A stretch of 64,000 nucleotides of DNA from Octopus vulgaris (GCA_951406725.2 OX597819.1:90148001-90212000); one strand, 5' to 3'. Counted from the first letter of the stretch, positions 12,915 through 27,342 are shown. Program-made: numbers and translations. Notes: generated by a model from the sequence alone, not told the origin.

Positions 12915-14262
12915 TATTATGTATGTATATAGTACATGGAAGAGGGAAGATACAAGAATTTTGACTAATCACTGCAATTGTTTGACACATCTAGCATTGA
13001 TCCCTCATGGGTGGACTACTTAATAACTAGTTCAGGAGCATCCGGTGGTGCAGATGTGTTTCTTCGGGTAATAAATAGATATAACTCATTAAAATAACAG
13101 TTCTGCAATGTATCTTTTCATTTCATGTAAAGAACAGCTGCAAATTAAAGAATATCTCTTCATTTATATAGAAGATCAAAAATAAAATAATAGATGCAAA
13201 AAAGAAACAAACACACAATACAGCGGAAAAAAGTATGAAAAATAGCCATTAATGTATATGGATGTGTAAACGCCCTTGCACAAGCTGCATGGCACATGTA
13301 CACTCGTTCATACAAGCATCCATGAAGATGTAAGCATATGCACACATGTGGTTTGATGAACACATGCTCACATAGTGAGTTGAATAGTTATTACTTGGTG
13401 TTTATAAGAATGGGAAGGTTAAAGCTAAACTTAATTCATCCATACCTTAAAGTAAATTATATTAACAGTTACTCAAATTAATTTCCACTGCATTGTGTGA
13501 AAGTACATTTATATGCATGTAAGCATCTTGAAAGTCTTTCAAAAATTCTATTAATGATCTTCTCATTGGTCCACGAATAGACAGGGATTCCTCAGAGCAG
13601 AGTTGGCATCTCCTGGAAATGATATTATATGGTATTGCATACCTTACTATGAACCAAGTTATGTTATACTTAATTTTATTTTCCTTCAGTCACCACCCAA
13701 AATCACCCAAAGATGTTGAATGTCTCATATTGATTCTCTTGAAACTGGTGATTTAGTTGTAATAACAATTTTTAAATGAATCAGCTGTTTGTCCACTGTA
13801 AACATATGACCCACCTCTTGTGTGCACGGTACATTTATATACAAGATTTGTACTCATACAGAGGTTCATCAGTGGGCATTTTGATTTTTCTCTGCATGAG
13901 CATTTATTATATTTATTTGTATATATGGCAGTCCTGACTTCATTTTCCAGTGTTGTTACCGTGTTAGCTATATCATAATCATTTCTACTATCACAATTTA
14001 TATATGTGTAGCAGTTTGAATTGGTTCCATGCAACTTAAATTTTGTGGGCTTCTCAAACGAACCTAGCTCTACAGTAATTGAATGGAGCAAGTTCAAGAT
14101 GGCTACTGGAGATTGGGCTGCTATTGGTCAAGGCAAGTCACATGGTGTTGTTGGTATTGATACTGATACAGTAGCAACATCAGGATGATATTCAAATCTA
14201 TATTTCTAGTACTATGTTGGTTGCACCTCTTTATCTGTGAGAGGGCATTAGAATTACTAGCA

Positions 14263-14298
<36 letters not shown>

Positions 14299-14650
14299 TG
14301 CTAATACATTGTTTCTGCTATATTTTCATTTGTTGAATTTGCTGTCACTTACCAATTTATCATTTTGACATTTTGAAGTTCACTTCAGTGGGTGTTTAAC
14401 TTAGATGTCCTGTTTTTCTTCATTTACTCTGTATCTTTGTTTCCTGAAGATATTTCCTGTTTTGTTTTAGTTCTGGTTTATTGGTCATGAGTGATAATGT
14501 TTCTGAGAGCCTCTTTATCTCACCTCAGTTTGCCTGTTATATATTTGGTGTAGGTGTTTTGCAAATCAATTTGTTGAAGCTGTGCGGGTTTTGTTGTAGT
14601 TCAGTGGTTACCTGTCATGGCTTTGGGATTTCATATCCTGTTTTTATTAA
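12915..14650 (-). mobile_element. Decayed Penelope-like element (GIY-YIG endonuclease end plus 3' region with a degenerate hammerhead)
   Basis: ORF 13753-14097 contains CSCREKSKCPLMNLCMSTNLVYKCTV..YVYSGQTADSFK, and downstream sequence reads ..ITW..PY....CQLC.EE. A hammerhead remnant ATTAC-CCGAAGA-AACACATCT..AGATGTGTC-AAA-CAATTG lies at ~12968-13072. Ends are approximate. Confidence 0.75.
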
Positions 14651-15239
14651 ACTGTTACTCGCTGCATTTATAAAATTATTTTGTGCTTGTTTGTGTGTAT
14701 GTGTACACATAGATACACACACTTATGAATATGCACATACACTTTTCCCTGCATATGCATTTATGCACAGGTGGTGCTCTAGCATGGCCACTGTCAAATG
14801 AATGAAACAAGTAAGAGAATAAAAGCATACATAATCATGTATGCACATACAAGTGTATGTTGTGCTGAAAAGCTGTTGTACGTGCACACACATACATATA
14901 TACAAAGCAACAGGGGCAGACTTGGTTGTGTGGTAAAAAATTTGCTTCTCAGCCACATGGTTCTAGGTTTAGAGGCTCAGATGTGGCTGTGATATAAGAA
15001 GTCTGCCTCCCAACCACATGGTTCTGAGTTCAATCCCACTGTGTACTACCTTAGGTAAATGTCTTATACCGTAACCCCAGGCTGAACAAATCTTTGTAAG
15101 TGGACTTTGAAAACAGAAACTGAAAGAAGCATGCTGTGTGTGTGTCACCCTCACTGTCTCATTGCCTTGACATCATGTGATTGTTGTAAATGAATGTCAC
15201 CATCATGCAAGCAGTGTCCTCTGTTCTCAATCTTCGGAG

Positions 15240-15660
15240 AAGAGTTGTATCATATGTGCCAAGGTGTGCATTGATGAATGTAAAGGCAAGTAGATTCTTG
15301 ATGTATAGAAGGAAAACAGTGGGAGGCAAAACTGAACCTTGGGGCACACCATCGGGGGTAGGATGTAAGACAGAGGGAAACTCTGTTAAAATGCCACAAT
15401 AATGCAATCTGATAGTAATCTACCAATCCAGATGAGAGACAGATGGAGCCCATAGGCAGGAGATTTGAATACCAGACACTGTCTAAAGCTTTATAGATGA
15501 CAAAGGCAACAAAATTGTGTTCACCAAATTTCTCTAAAGTGAGAGCCCACTGGTAACAAAAGATTGTTGATCTCCATTGGACCAACCTACTGGATAGTAA
15601 TTTTGAAATTATAACCCCTAGAAAGAGCATGTGGGTACTAGAAGTGAAAGATTGTGATTT
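15240..15660 (-). mobile_element. CR1/Jockey-group LINE RT fragment
   Basis: I.KALDSVW..LL and GVPQGSVLPPTVFLLYI..L. Confidence 0.7.
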
Positions 15661-16279
15661 CATCTTAGGTCTGTCTCATCAGCTTGGTGAAATTAGAATT
15701 CTGAAATCTTTTACGTCAGACTTTTTATGTATTAATAAACACCTACAATGTTGTCATCATTTAACCATAGTTCACCCTTGACTAAGCAGGCCTATAATTA
15801 AATGCATTCCAGCCTTGACTGTCCCATATTTTTGTATATCTAGAACTACATTTTTATGTGTCACTCTCTTTTAAAGACTATATAGTGTGTGATTCAAGTG
15901 AACATGGCTGTTAATTCTCATACATTGAGTGACTGGTTTGCGTCATCTGTTTAATTCTCTTGATCATCGTCATCATTCTCTTCATTTTTATGTCTGTCTT
16001 TCCATACTTTAATGGGCTGGAAGGGCTCTTTTCAACACAGTGTCCCACTATTTATTGTGTTTTTTTCTTGTTAATTTTTTTGTGAGGTTCAATATCCTGC
16101 TTTTAGCTTTCACTACTTCTACTTACCCCCGTCGTCTTTGGTCTTCTACTTCTATTGTTTCCTTTCGCTTGGATTTCCTGGTGCATCGTGATTCATTTCT
16201 TATCACCCATACATATAACATGTCCATACCAATACAGCTTTTGTCCTTGTTTACTATTAACTAATTTCTGTTCTACCTA

Positions 16280-17432
16280 CACAGGTATGACAGAAATAAA
16301 TAGATGCCCTTATAAGCATTAAAGTTTATTTAAATCTGAAATTATACATTCAAATTATTTATTCATTATTATAATGTGGATATCTAATATTTAGTAGACA
16401 TGCCCTATTAAGCATGCTACTGATACGATGATAAATATTCTCTTGAGAAATTACTTGCCAAGTTATGCAGTAATCTCAAAAGATCTGGCTTTTGGGATGC
16501 TTTCTTGTTCTTTTTTACAAAGTGTTCTTGTCCATTATGCCCCAGAGGTATTCAATAGGGTTCATATCTTGTGATTGGCTTGGCCATGAAAGCTTTTTAA
16601 TGCCATTCTCTTCTAACCAATCTTGGTTCTTTTTAGCCATGTGACAAGGAGCCCCATCTTCCATAAATAAAGAGTCTTCTTGAATCATTTCACTACTGGA
16701 GAAGATTGGAAGGAATTCTTTCTGAAATATGGACACATATTTATCTGAGTTTATGTTTCCCTCACACTCCACCAGCTCTGATCAACCATTGCTCCAAATT
16801 GCTCCCCAGACCATCTCAGAATAGCCAAGTCTGCAGACCCACACTCAACCATTGTTAGAAAATACAGCAAATCTGGACTCCTCAGAGAATTTGACAGTGT
16901 CCCAAAATGCTAGTGGCCTCTCCACCATCTCCTTGGCCCAATCTTTTCTCCACTTGATATTTGCTGGTTGAAAAATTGGCTTCCTTCTTGCTGCTCTGCC
17001 ATAGTTTGTTGAGACACCTGACTGTTGTTCTGGGAGTAACATCAACTTGTTCTGCTATGTCAGAAGCCTTGCAATGTGGATTATCCTCCATACTTCTCTT
17101 AACAAAGTGAAGGGTCCTGTCAGAGGGCCCTGATCAAACTGGGTGAGGTGATGTGGACTCCTTCCCCTCTCACAATCACTCTATTAACTGTGGAAAGCAG
17201 GATCCAAAGGATTTCTGCAATTTTATGCTAAGTACACCTTCAGATTGACCCACAATGCAGCCTCTTTGAAATTCAGACAGTTCCAAGGCTCCTTTTGTAC
17301 ATGGCATGATTAAAAAGTCAAATATAGAAACTGAAACATAAAACAATAAAAAAAAAATATAAACCTTTTCAAGTTAAAAAAAACATAAAACAATGTTTTA
17401 TGGGGTGTCCATTTACTTCTGTCATGTCTGTG
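16280..17432 (-). mobile_element. Tc1-family DNA transposon, decayed but with both ends
   Basis: Imperfect ~30-bp TIRs (CACAG(GT/AC)ATGACAGAA.TAAAT.GA..CCC) flanked by TA. Transposase motifs ARRKP, W..VKFSEESRF, FMEDGAPCH and WPSQSQDMNPIEYLW. Confidence 0.9.
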
Positions 17433-18129
17433 TAGTTTATATCTCAGTTCATCTGTACTACATTGTTTATATATCATTAGCACACCAAGCAAAATGCCTA
17501 GCAGCATTTCATTTGTCATTATGTTGTGAGTTCAAATTGTGCTGAGGTTGACTTTACCTTTCAAAAAAATTAAAACATTAAAAAAAATTAAACATCTAAA
17601 AATACAATACCGATATATATAGAAAATGCTAAACATAAGGAGACCCTCAACGACTATATTATAAACACGTTATGGGAATTAAGTAATTTAGTGTAAGATT
17701 TACCCCTATCTATACAAGTATAAATTACCATTTTTTATGTCAAAAGTAAATTAATAGTATTTAAAAAGATTATTTAGCAAAACCTTTATATACGTTATAA
17801 ATTCATTGAATAAAACTAGTAAATGAATCTAGTAAACACAATTTGCACAGGAAGGATACTTATCAAAATATTGTTTACTCCTTCTTGTTCCTGTGCAAAT
17901 GCATTTAATATATATATATATATGTACATGTATGCATGTATCTGTACATGTATGTATGTATCTGTATACATATACATGTTGGGCGTTGGGCTGTCAGTTT
18001 TCATCTACAAAATCCACTCACAGAGGCAATGGGTCGTATGCAATGTTTTGAGTGGCCCAGGTGCTTCAAAAGGGGAAAAACATCCCTGGAAGACAATGAG
18101 TAATCTGGAGGATCTGCCACAAGACCTGC

Positions 18130-18624
18130 ATTGAGAATTTGTTCCCCACGACCAGACTGTCAATTGAGAGTTTGACTGTGATGTTTTGAAGTGTCTGAAG
18201 GAGGACATTTGGCAAAAGTAACTGGATCTGTAGAGTGCGAAGAACTGGATTCTTCACAATGAGAATACACCCTGTTACTGAGCTCTCCTCACTCATGAGT
18301 TTCTCACCAAAACAACATGGTATTGCTTCTGCACCCACCCTATTCACCTGGTTTAGCATCTGTGTACTTCCATCTCTTCCCCAAAATGAAAATGCAGCTC
18401 TAAGGTTGTTTTAACACCATTGTTGAGATCCTGGGCAAATTGCAGAAGGTTCTCGACTCACCGAAAACGACTTCCTGGTTGGATTCCAAAAGTGACAGAA
18501 ATGCTAGGACCAGTGTATTGTTGTGTGAGGTGACTATTTCAAAGGAGATAATGTTAAAGTTTAGGTAAATAAGTTATTTTTTTATTAAACATAACTAGTC
18601 CGGAAACCTTTTGATACCACCTTG
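18130..18624 (+). mobile_element. mariner-family transposon 3' part
   Basis: EFVP..QTVN, WILHNEN.P and HPPYSP.LA...FHLFPKMK. Terminal repeat ...GGAAACCTTTTGATACCACCTTG followed by TA. Confidence 0.8.
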
Positions 18625-19679
18625 TAAATCATATCAGTATGATAGAAGCAGCAAATTTTTTACACTGAATGCTCTAGTGTATTCGGTAGCACCTACATTT
18701 TTGATAAATAAATGAATAAATAAATAAATAAATATAATAACACAGGTGAGATGAACTATTTCTCTTTTCCTGAGTTTGTGACCTTGTATGAAATTTTGGA
18801 AATCAATATTGTATCTAGCACTACCAGTTTGCTACAAACCCATTGATATATTATAAAATAAGTTGTGAACAACTTTCAATCAACACTGTTTTTTTACTAC
18901 CATTCCTTTTGATATCAAGTAATTCAATACAAATTTGGCAGAGATTGTATAGGACATGGAAATGCTACTGTGTGATGGTCATTGGGTCATTGATGTATAC
19001 TTATTTTGTTTTATTTTTTATGTAGCCTATCTTGTTTTTGATTTTTGGTGCATCTTTTGTTTTGTTTTTGTTTATAATAATTAAGGTAGTCAATGCAGTT
19101 AATAAAGAGTATATTGATCAAAAAGTGTTGTTATAGTAACAATTGTCGTTAATCTGTGGTCAGCTGATAGAGTTATTAATTACTTAGTTGCTATTTCTGT
19201 CTTGCTTTTAGCTATTAATAACTTATTGTATCAGGACGGCAGACACATTCAAAAGTTGTGTGTTTTACTATAACAACATCACAAACTAAATTGAGAACAC
19301 TGTGGTGGGAATGGGGGAGGAGCAGGATAACAACTGCATTGGTTGCATGTTGCAAAGAGAACCTATCTTGATATGAACATGTATTAGGAGAATTGGGTTG
19401 AAGCAGAGGGCAGGCAATAATGATGGTGGAATCTGTTCCCAACAGAATTGGATGATAGGGAAGTAGACTTTGTGGGGGAGGGAAGAAAATAATGTTAGAT
19501 TAGAAGGGACAAATTTATAGTTCAAATCGTACACCTGTGCTTATATAGCCATGCCTGTACATGTATCGTGTGTGTGTGAGTGGGTGTCTTCAAGTGTAGC
19601 CCTTGTGAATGAAATTTCGTTCATTAGAAACTGTATGGAAGCTTGTCCACTCTCTCTCTCTCTCTCTCTCCTCTCCTCT

Positions 19680-19724
<45 letters not shown>

Positions 19725-20697
19725 TATAAGTGTGGTTGTGTGGCTAAGAAGTTCACTTCAGAACCATGATGAGAGTTTGGTACCACTGTGAGTACTGTCA
19801 ACTGGCATTCTGTTCTGTAGCCATAGTATGAGAGCAATACCTTGTGAGTGAAAATGATTGACAGAAACCAAAGAAGCCTGTTTGTGTGCAAATGTTTAAA
19901 TGTTTGTATGAGTGAGTGATTGTTTCCCTTGTTTTCGTGTGTTCACTTACAAAAGACTTTGGTTGACCTGGGACTACTTTAGAAAGTTGCCCGAAATGTC
20001 ATGCAGTGAGACTGAACCTGGAACCAAATGTTTTGCAAAGTGAGCTTCTTAAACACACAGTCATACCTGCACCTATATACATAAAGGCTAAAAGCAAAAT
20101 GACTGATCATTTATACATAAGCATAATTACATAAGTGTTACATAGAAATGTACATAAATACATCAATGTTAATTTGTGTGTGTGTGTTTAATACAAAAAC
20201 TTGATAAATTAGTAACAGAGCTGCCACAGAGTTTTTAGCAATTGTATCAAAAGCTTAGTCCAAAACGTACCAAATCAAAAAAAAAACTATGTTAAATACT
20301 AAAAAATTCATCAAACTTGCCTCAGATTCTAAGACTGCTTTACTTTCATTTGTATGATGATATTTATCTCAACTTGTTTAACAGGTTTTCAAACAGGGTC
20401 CTCATAATACAGTCACTGTTTGCCACTGGTCCTTTTGTATATAAAAGTGTACTGATATTAGAGGTTTATCAGTGAATAGCAATTGTTTACTTCCATATTA
20501 TATGGAAGAGAAAATATCAACAGCAGAAGTTAAAAGATGTACAACTTGTCAATTCCAATTACATGCAGTAAACAGACTTTGATATGTGAATTTGATGATT
20601 TACATTGTATTTTAATTTTTATGAATGAGAGGGCTTAGTGAGCCTAAAGTGCTTTGAACTCCCTAAGGTTAAATATGAGTCAATTAAAACAGATCAA

Positions 20698-21384
20698 TTA
20701 ACCCATTAGCATTTAAACCAGCCATATCCAACCCAAATATTCTACATGTTTTACGTTCAAACTGACCAGATCTGGCCTCTCACACCTATCCTGCATTGGC
20801 ATTCTAAAAATAATCAGATGCAGGCATGGCTGTGTGGTAAGAAGCTTGCTTTCCAATCACATGGTTCTGGATTCAGTCCCACTGTGTTGCATCTTGGGCA
20901 AGTTTCTTCTACTATAGCCTTGAGCTGACTAAAGCCTTGTGAGTGGATTCGGTAGATGGAAGCTGAAAGAAGCCTGTTGTATGTATGTATGTATGTATGT
21001 ATGTGTGTGTGTGTGTGTGTGTGTATGTGTGTGTATATATATATGTGTATGTGTGTCTTTGTGTCTGTGTTTGTCCCTCCACTATCACTTGACAACCAAT
21101 GTTAGTGTGTTTACATCCCTGTAACTTAGCAGTTTGGCAAAAAGAGACCGATGGAATAAGTACTAGGTTTACAAAGAATAAGACCTGTGGTCGATTTCTT
21201 TGACTAAAGATCTCTTTAAGGCAGTGCTCCAGCAAGACTGCCATCAAATGACTGAAGCAAGTAAAAGCATAATAATCACATCATCAAAAACTTCAAAGCT
21301 ATATGATAATGCATGATTAATTCAAAACAATTTAAATAAAAAAACATTACATTTGAGAGAGTAATCTGAATGCTAAAAGATTAA
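20698..21384 (+). mobile_element. MITE family 2, copy 2, interrupted by a SINE (20817-21270, TSD AATAATCA)
   Basis: Both halves align to 879-1115. Confidence 0.75.
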
Positions 21385-21483
21385 AACAAATTGAACTGTT
21401 GAGTGTAATGTTGAGTGCATTCCTGCACTCTTCATGAGAAGTACTATGACAAAAATTTTGTAGATTATTTTTCTAATACTGGC

Positions 21484-21658
21484 TGGTAGTGTAGCTAGTA
21501 AAGCAAGGAGGTGCAGTCTGTCCTGGGTGACACTTTTGTGGGGACAATGTCTTTGAGTCTGCTGTGCTGCCGTATATGCTGTTATAGGCTTGGAGGCCTG
21601 GGGACTTTGGCAAATTCAAAGGCTACCCTGGGCTGTGTAAACTCTAGCTATGTCACTG
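21484..21658. mobile_element. Old MITE with CAGTGGCGTAGCTAG-like termini
   Basis: Ends TGGTAGTGTAGCTAG and CTAGCTATGTCACTG. The flanking 8-mers differ only by transitions. Confidence 0.4.
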
Positions 21659-22509
21659 GTATTGATGGTGCTTTTTTGTAATGTTAAATCTTTCCACTTC
21701 TTATTGATCTACTCAAAATGCAGTTCTGATATTATGTGCAGAAATTTTATTGCAAATAATGTAATAGACTGTGATGTTTCATGAATGACAATTTCTGAGT
21801 TGAAAAATTTTACTAAGTTCAAGTTATCAAATATTTCATGCAAAAGAAATCGTTGTAATATTTGCTTTGTAAGATTAACATAAAAGTTCAGTATTTTAAT
21901 TTGAAAATCATGTAGTTCTTTTGAGAACATTTTATTGTATTCTCTAGGTAGATACTTTCTACAATGTTTGAAAAGTATCTTAAGAAATGCTTGCTCTGAA
22001 ACATCTGAACATGTATGCATGTGTATATGAGAGAGAGGGGGGGACTGGTTATAAATGTTCTGCAGAAAGCAAAACAAAATATATTCTAATATTATGCTTG
22101 ACTGTAAGGTGGTGAGCTGGCAGAATTGTTAGCATGCCAGGCAAAATGCTTACTGACATTTTGTTTGTCTTTATGTTCTGAGTTCAATTTCTGCTGAGGT
22201 CAACTTTACCTTTCCTCTTTTGGGGGTTGATAAAATAAGTATCAGTTGAGCACTGAGGTCAATTTAATTCACTAGCCCCCACCTCTAAAATTGCTGGCCC
22301 TGTGCCAAAATACTTTCTGGTATTTCATCCAACTTCACATCTGAGTCAAAATTATACCGAGTCAACTTTGTCTCTCATCCTCTCAGAGTTGATGAAATAA
22401 GTACCAGTTGAACACAGGGGTCAACGTAATCAACTATTCCCCTCCCCTCAAATTTTAGGCATTTTGCCTACAGTTGAGACTATTATGCTTGACCATTCAT
22501 ATAAAATAT

Positions 22510-22880
22510 AAGAAATTGCCAAGACATATCAGCCTTTCAGTGTTGTACAGATGGACCAAAAAGTAGTCTAAAGTACCAATATGGTACAAATGCACCGAAA
22601 AGAGAAAGCCTGGTGTTAGTAGGAGTATTAAGTCAGTCATGTCATGGGCCAATACTAGCTGAAACCTATCCAAGTATCTAAGAATATAGAAAGTACATCT
22701 GTCAAAGAAAAAGTTTATCTAAAATAAGTACAATAAATTTTACCAACTTACAGCTATATGCATATCACTGCAATGCCTACAAAGAAAAAATAATTCTCTC
22801 TACAATTGGAATCTGAAAAATCATTAATGAACTCCTCAAACTTATAAGCAAAAATGGCGTAGGCATATGTAAATGTATAC
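22510..22880 (+). mobile_element. Highly decayed Penelope GIY-YIG fragment
   Basis: Broken traces of TNMV(Y)KCT, STS and C..CL.EK.IL...LISK.RH, similar to the 13.8 kb and 63.4 kb elements. Confidence 0.4.
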
Positions 22881-23002
22881 AATTGCATTATATACATTGT
22901 TGTAGATGAAAAGAAAGAGTCATTTTCTTTGACATATCAAAAGATATGTATGTATGTATGTATGTATATATATCCATACACATATATCTTTTGATATATG
23001 TG

Positions 23003-23047
<45 letters not shown>

Positions 23048-23578
23048 GTATGTGTATATATATATATGTGTGTATACATACATACATATATACATATATA
23101 TGTATATATATATATATATATATTGCACTTATAAAAAATATTGAGCTTCAACCAATTCAGTGAGAAATGTTCAGATAAAATGTTAATAGAGATGCTGAGT
23201 TAAAGAAAATCTTTTTAGTGAATGAAATTCCTTAGTTTTTGTGGTTGTGGAATGAATTATTACATGTGCATATGCATATATGTGTGTGTGTGTGTGTGTA
23301 TGTGTGTGTTTGCATGTTGTGGGAATGTTTTAGTTAAGTGTGTATAGAAAAAAATTCAATCTTGGTGTGCAAGATAAATTTAGGAGATGCTTGAAAGAAC
23401 TGTTCTAACAAGGGGGCTGGTTAGTAACTGAGCATAGTAGTAATAATCACTGTAGTTGGTTAGGAAGGCAGATTGGCTCTTCCATAAAAGTGGTGATAAC
23501 AGCAAGGGTTAACAGCTTTGTCTCTTTGTATTGGGAAAGTGATATTAAGCTCTGGGCCAGCTCAGCCCTGGGTTAAAT

Positions 23579-23659
23579 GTTCAGTTGACAACCCAGTTTT
23601 CTGATTGACATAATTGAAAAGCTGGATTGCCAATCAGAAAACTGGGTTGCCAATTGAAC
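23579..23659. repeat. 32-bp hairpin, unique in this window
   Basis: GTTCAGTTGACAACCCAGTTTTCTGATTGACA (23579-23610) pairs with TGCCAATCAGAAAACTGGGTTGCCAATTGAAC (23628-23659). Confidence 0.85.
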
Positions 23660-24564
23660 TTAAATTGACTCTGGGCCAGCTTATGTAGTGGAGTTATGTG
23701 GGTGATTTAATGACATGGTCAAAAGAATTCACATTAAACCAGATTGCCTGCTTCCAGCATAAATCAACTGTGTTGACATGTAAAACAAAGAGAAAATTAA
23801 CCAAGATCCACTGTAGGCAAGCAGACATTTCTTTAAGGCTTCCTATTACAAACCATGTCATCTTTAGAATATTCCTCTTGGTATCAAGTAGGCCCAGAAA
23901 GTTTAGCATTTCATATATATATGTTGCTGTTTGCTAATTCTTTATCAGTAGTGCTCATTCCATGAGTTATCTATCCTCTGAACTATTAGTGACCATCAAA
24001 AGCAACATCAGATGTATTGTTTAAAGATCCTTTATGTGAGATACTAAGGAACTCCTCCAGTGGGACTATATACAGAATTATGTTGTTGGAAAGTAAACTT
24101 TTTTACAACCCAACCAATTCTGAACATGGCTGTGTGGTAAGAAGCTGACTTTCTAACTGCATGTTTCTGGGTTCTGGGCACAGTCCCACTGTGAGGCACT
24201 TTTGGCAAGTGTCTTCTACTATAGCCTTGGCAAGTGTCTTCTACTATAGCCTTCTACTATAGCTTTGTGAATGGATTTGGTAGACAAAAACTGAAAGGAG
24301 CCTGCCATGTATGTGTGTGCTTTTGTGTCGTATCTGCATCTGTCCCCTCCCACCTCCAGTTGACAACAGATGTTGGTATGTTTATATCACTGTAACTTAA
24401 CAGTTCAGCAAAAGAGACTGATAGAATATATACTAGGTTTAAACATCATTTATGTTCTTTTTTATACATATATACATACATACATGCACACACACACACT
24501 CACTCTCACACATACAGACACATATATTTATGTATACACATACATACATACATACATACATACA

Positions 24565-24598
<34 letters not shown>

Positions 24599-24790
24599 CA
24601 TATACACATATCGTAGCTTAATATTGTGTGGACTGAGATCCGCATTGACAGGTCCCTGATATTTAAAACAGACTGTTAACATGGTATGCAAATTAATATC
24701 CCCAGTTTTCTGTAGCTACTGTAATTCTTGAGTATATAAACGGATTGGTTGATTGTTTCTCTGGAATTGGTAAAATTGATGTAGACACCT

Positions 24791-24828
24791 CTTCTGAGAA
24801 TCCAATGATATTCGAAAATCGATTAAAG
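24791..24828 (+). ncRNA. Degenerate minimal hammerhead-like motif
   Basis: CTT-CTGA[core deletion]-GAAT..ATTC-GAAA-ATCGAT(palindrome)-TA-AAG, in a non-SINE insert between microsatellites. Confidence 0.35.
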
Positions 24829-25134
24829 TTGTTCATCATTATTTCAATCCACAGAGAAAAAGCTAAATTAGCCTTGTTTATAAAGATACTATATAAGTTA
24901 TACACATGTACATACTTACATACGTACGTACATATGTATGTATGTATGTGTACATAAAACTATATATATGTTAACATACACAACCACACACACACACACA
25001 ACCATTAAATAAATAAATACATGTGTGTATGATGAAATGGACATATGTGTTGTATATCAATCTCTCTCTCTCTCTCTCTCTCTCCTTTCCTCTCTCTCTT
25101 GCTCCCTATGTATATATATATATATATGTATATG

Positions 25135-25168
<34 letters not shown>

Positions 25169-25665
25169 GTGTGTGTATATATGAAATGGTTATACACATA
25201 CACACACATACATACATACATACATGCACACACACACATGCTTTAGAACAGAATTTTCAATCAGAATAATTAAGTTGAAGCTATTAAGAGAACTGGCAGC
25301 TGCAACAGATTTGAAAGGGTTAATGAATTTTCAATAAGATTTACACTTAGAGTAGTTATTATGCAATAACCATTCGAAATACAGGCTGAAGGTGTGAACT
25401 TGAAAAACCCTATCTTCTTAGAGTGGGATGTCTAATTACCAAAGTCATTCTTCTGTAAAACTATTTTGGTAGTTCTAACGAATGCTGGGATATTATACCA
25501 GTATTCAACGCGGAAATTTTCAGCTTCATTATTTTGTTCATTAGGTTGTTATGACTTTCCATCATCTTCTATATCCCTATCAATTAATTAAATGTGATAA
25601 TTTTAATGAAATTTGAATTTCAAGTAATTTTTTTTAGCTTTATTTTCCACTTTTATTTATTTATT

Positions 25666-25710
<45 letters not shown>

Positions 25711-25718
25711 TATTATTA

Positions 25719-26173
25719 AAAAGGCGGTGAGCTGACAGAATAGTTAGCATGCCAGGCAAAATGCTTAGCAGTATTTCATCCATCATTACGTTCTAAATTC
25801 AAACTCCACCAAGGTCGACTTTGCCTTTCATCCTTTCGGGGTTGATAAATTAAGTACCAGTGAAACACTGGGGTCAATGTAATCGACTTATCCCCTCCTC
25901 CAAAAATGGCTACCCTTGTAGCAAAATTTGAAACCCTTATTATTACTATTATTAAAAAGGTAGCGAGCTGGCAGAATTGTTAGCATTCTGAATGAAATGC
26001 TTAGCAATAGTTCGCCCATCACTACATTCTGAATTCAAATTCCACCAAGGTCGGCTTTGCCTTTCATCCTTTCAGGGTTTAATGAATTAAGTACCAGTCA
26101 AGTACTGGGGGGCAATGTGATTGACTATCCCCCTCCCCTCAAATTTCAGGCCTTGTGCCTATAGTAGAAAGGA

Positions 26174-26216
<43 letters not shown>

Positions 26217-27339
26217 CATTATTATTATTATTATTATTATTATTGTTGTTGTTGTTGTTAAAAAGGTGGTGAGCTACCAGAATCGTTAGCATGCTGGACA
26301 AAATGCTTGGAGGCATTTTGTCTGGTTTTGTATTCTGTGTTCAAATTCCACTGGGGTGAACCTTACCTTTCATCCTTTTGGGGTCAATAAAATAAGTACC
26401 AACTGAGTTCTGAGGTGAATGTAATCAAGTAGCTCTCTACCCAAAATTTCATGCCTTGTGCCTATAGTAGACAGGATTATTATTGTTATTATTAAAAAGG
26501 TGACAAGCTGACAGAATCATTTATATGCAGACCAGAATGCTTAACAGCATTTCTTCCAGCTTTATTTGAGTTCAATTCCTCTGGGTTTGATGTAATCAAC
26601 TCACCTCTTTTCCACAAAATTTCCAGCCTTGTGTCTTTATTAGAAAGAATTGATACAATTCTTAAAGCAACAAAATAGTAGAATTCTTAGAACTTTGTAA
26701 AATTTGCTTTGCAGTATTTTTTCCAGCTTTTGATGTTGCAAGTTCAAATCTTGCTGAGGTTAACTGTCATTCGTCCTTTCAGGATCGATGAAATAAAGTA
26801 CCAGTAAAATAATGGGGTCATTGGTGTCAACTAACTTCATCTTCTCAAAACTGTTGGCCTTGTGCTTCAGTCAGAAATCAGTGCATTTCTTTTGGTTGGT
26901 TACATTTTGAGTTCAGGTTCTACTGAGGTCGACTTTGCCTTTCGTCCTTTTGGGGTTGATAAAATAAAGTGCCACTCAAGTACCAGGGTCAATTGACTGA
27001 CTCACTCTCTCCAAAACTGCTGGCTTTGTGCTAAAATTTGGAACAATTGTTGTTGTTCTTCTTAAGGCAGAATTGTTAGCATGCTGGGTGAAATGCTTAG
27101 CAGCTTTTCTTCCATGATTGATTGATTTTTGATTGATTTTAGTTTCAGCTCATGAGCTGTGGCCATGCTGGGGCACCGCCATTACATGTTTACATTCTGA
27201 GTTTAAATTCCACTGAGGTCCATTTTGCCTTTCATCCCTTTGGGGTTGATATAATAAGCACCAGTTGAGTACTGAGGTCAATGTAATTGACTAGCTCCCT
27301 CTCCCCAAATTTCAGGCCTTGTGCTTATAGTAGAAAGGA

Positions 27340-27342
<3 letters not shown>
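25719..27342 (+). repeat. Head-to-tail array of SINE family B copies separated by (ATT)n tails
   Basis: About 7-8 repeats of AAGGCGG.GAGCTGGCAGAATC.TTAGC...GAGTTCAAATTCC...CTTTGCCTTTCATCC...GTGCC, with variable decay. Confidence 0.85.
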
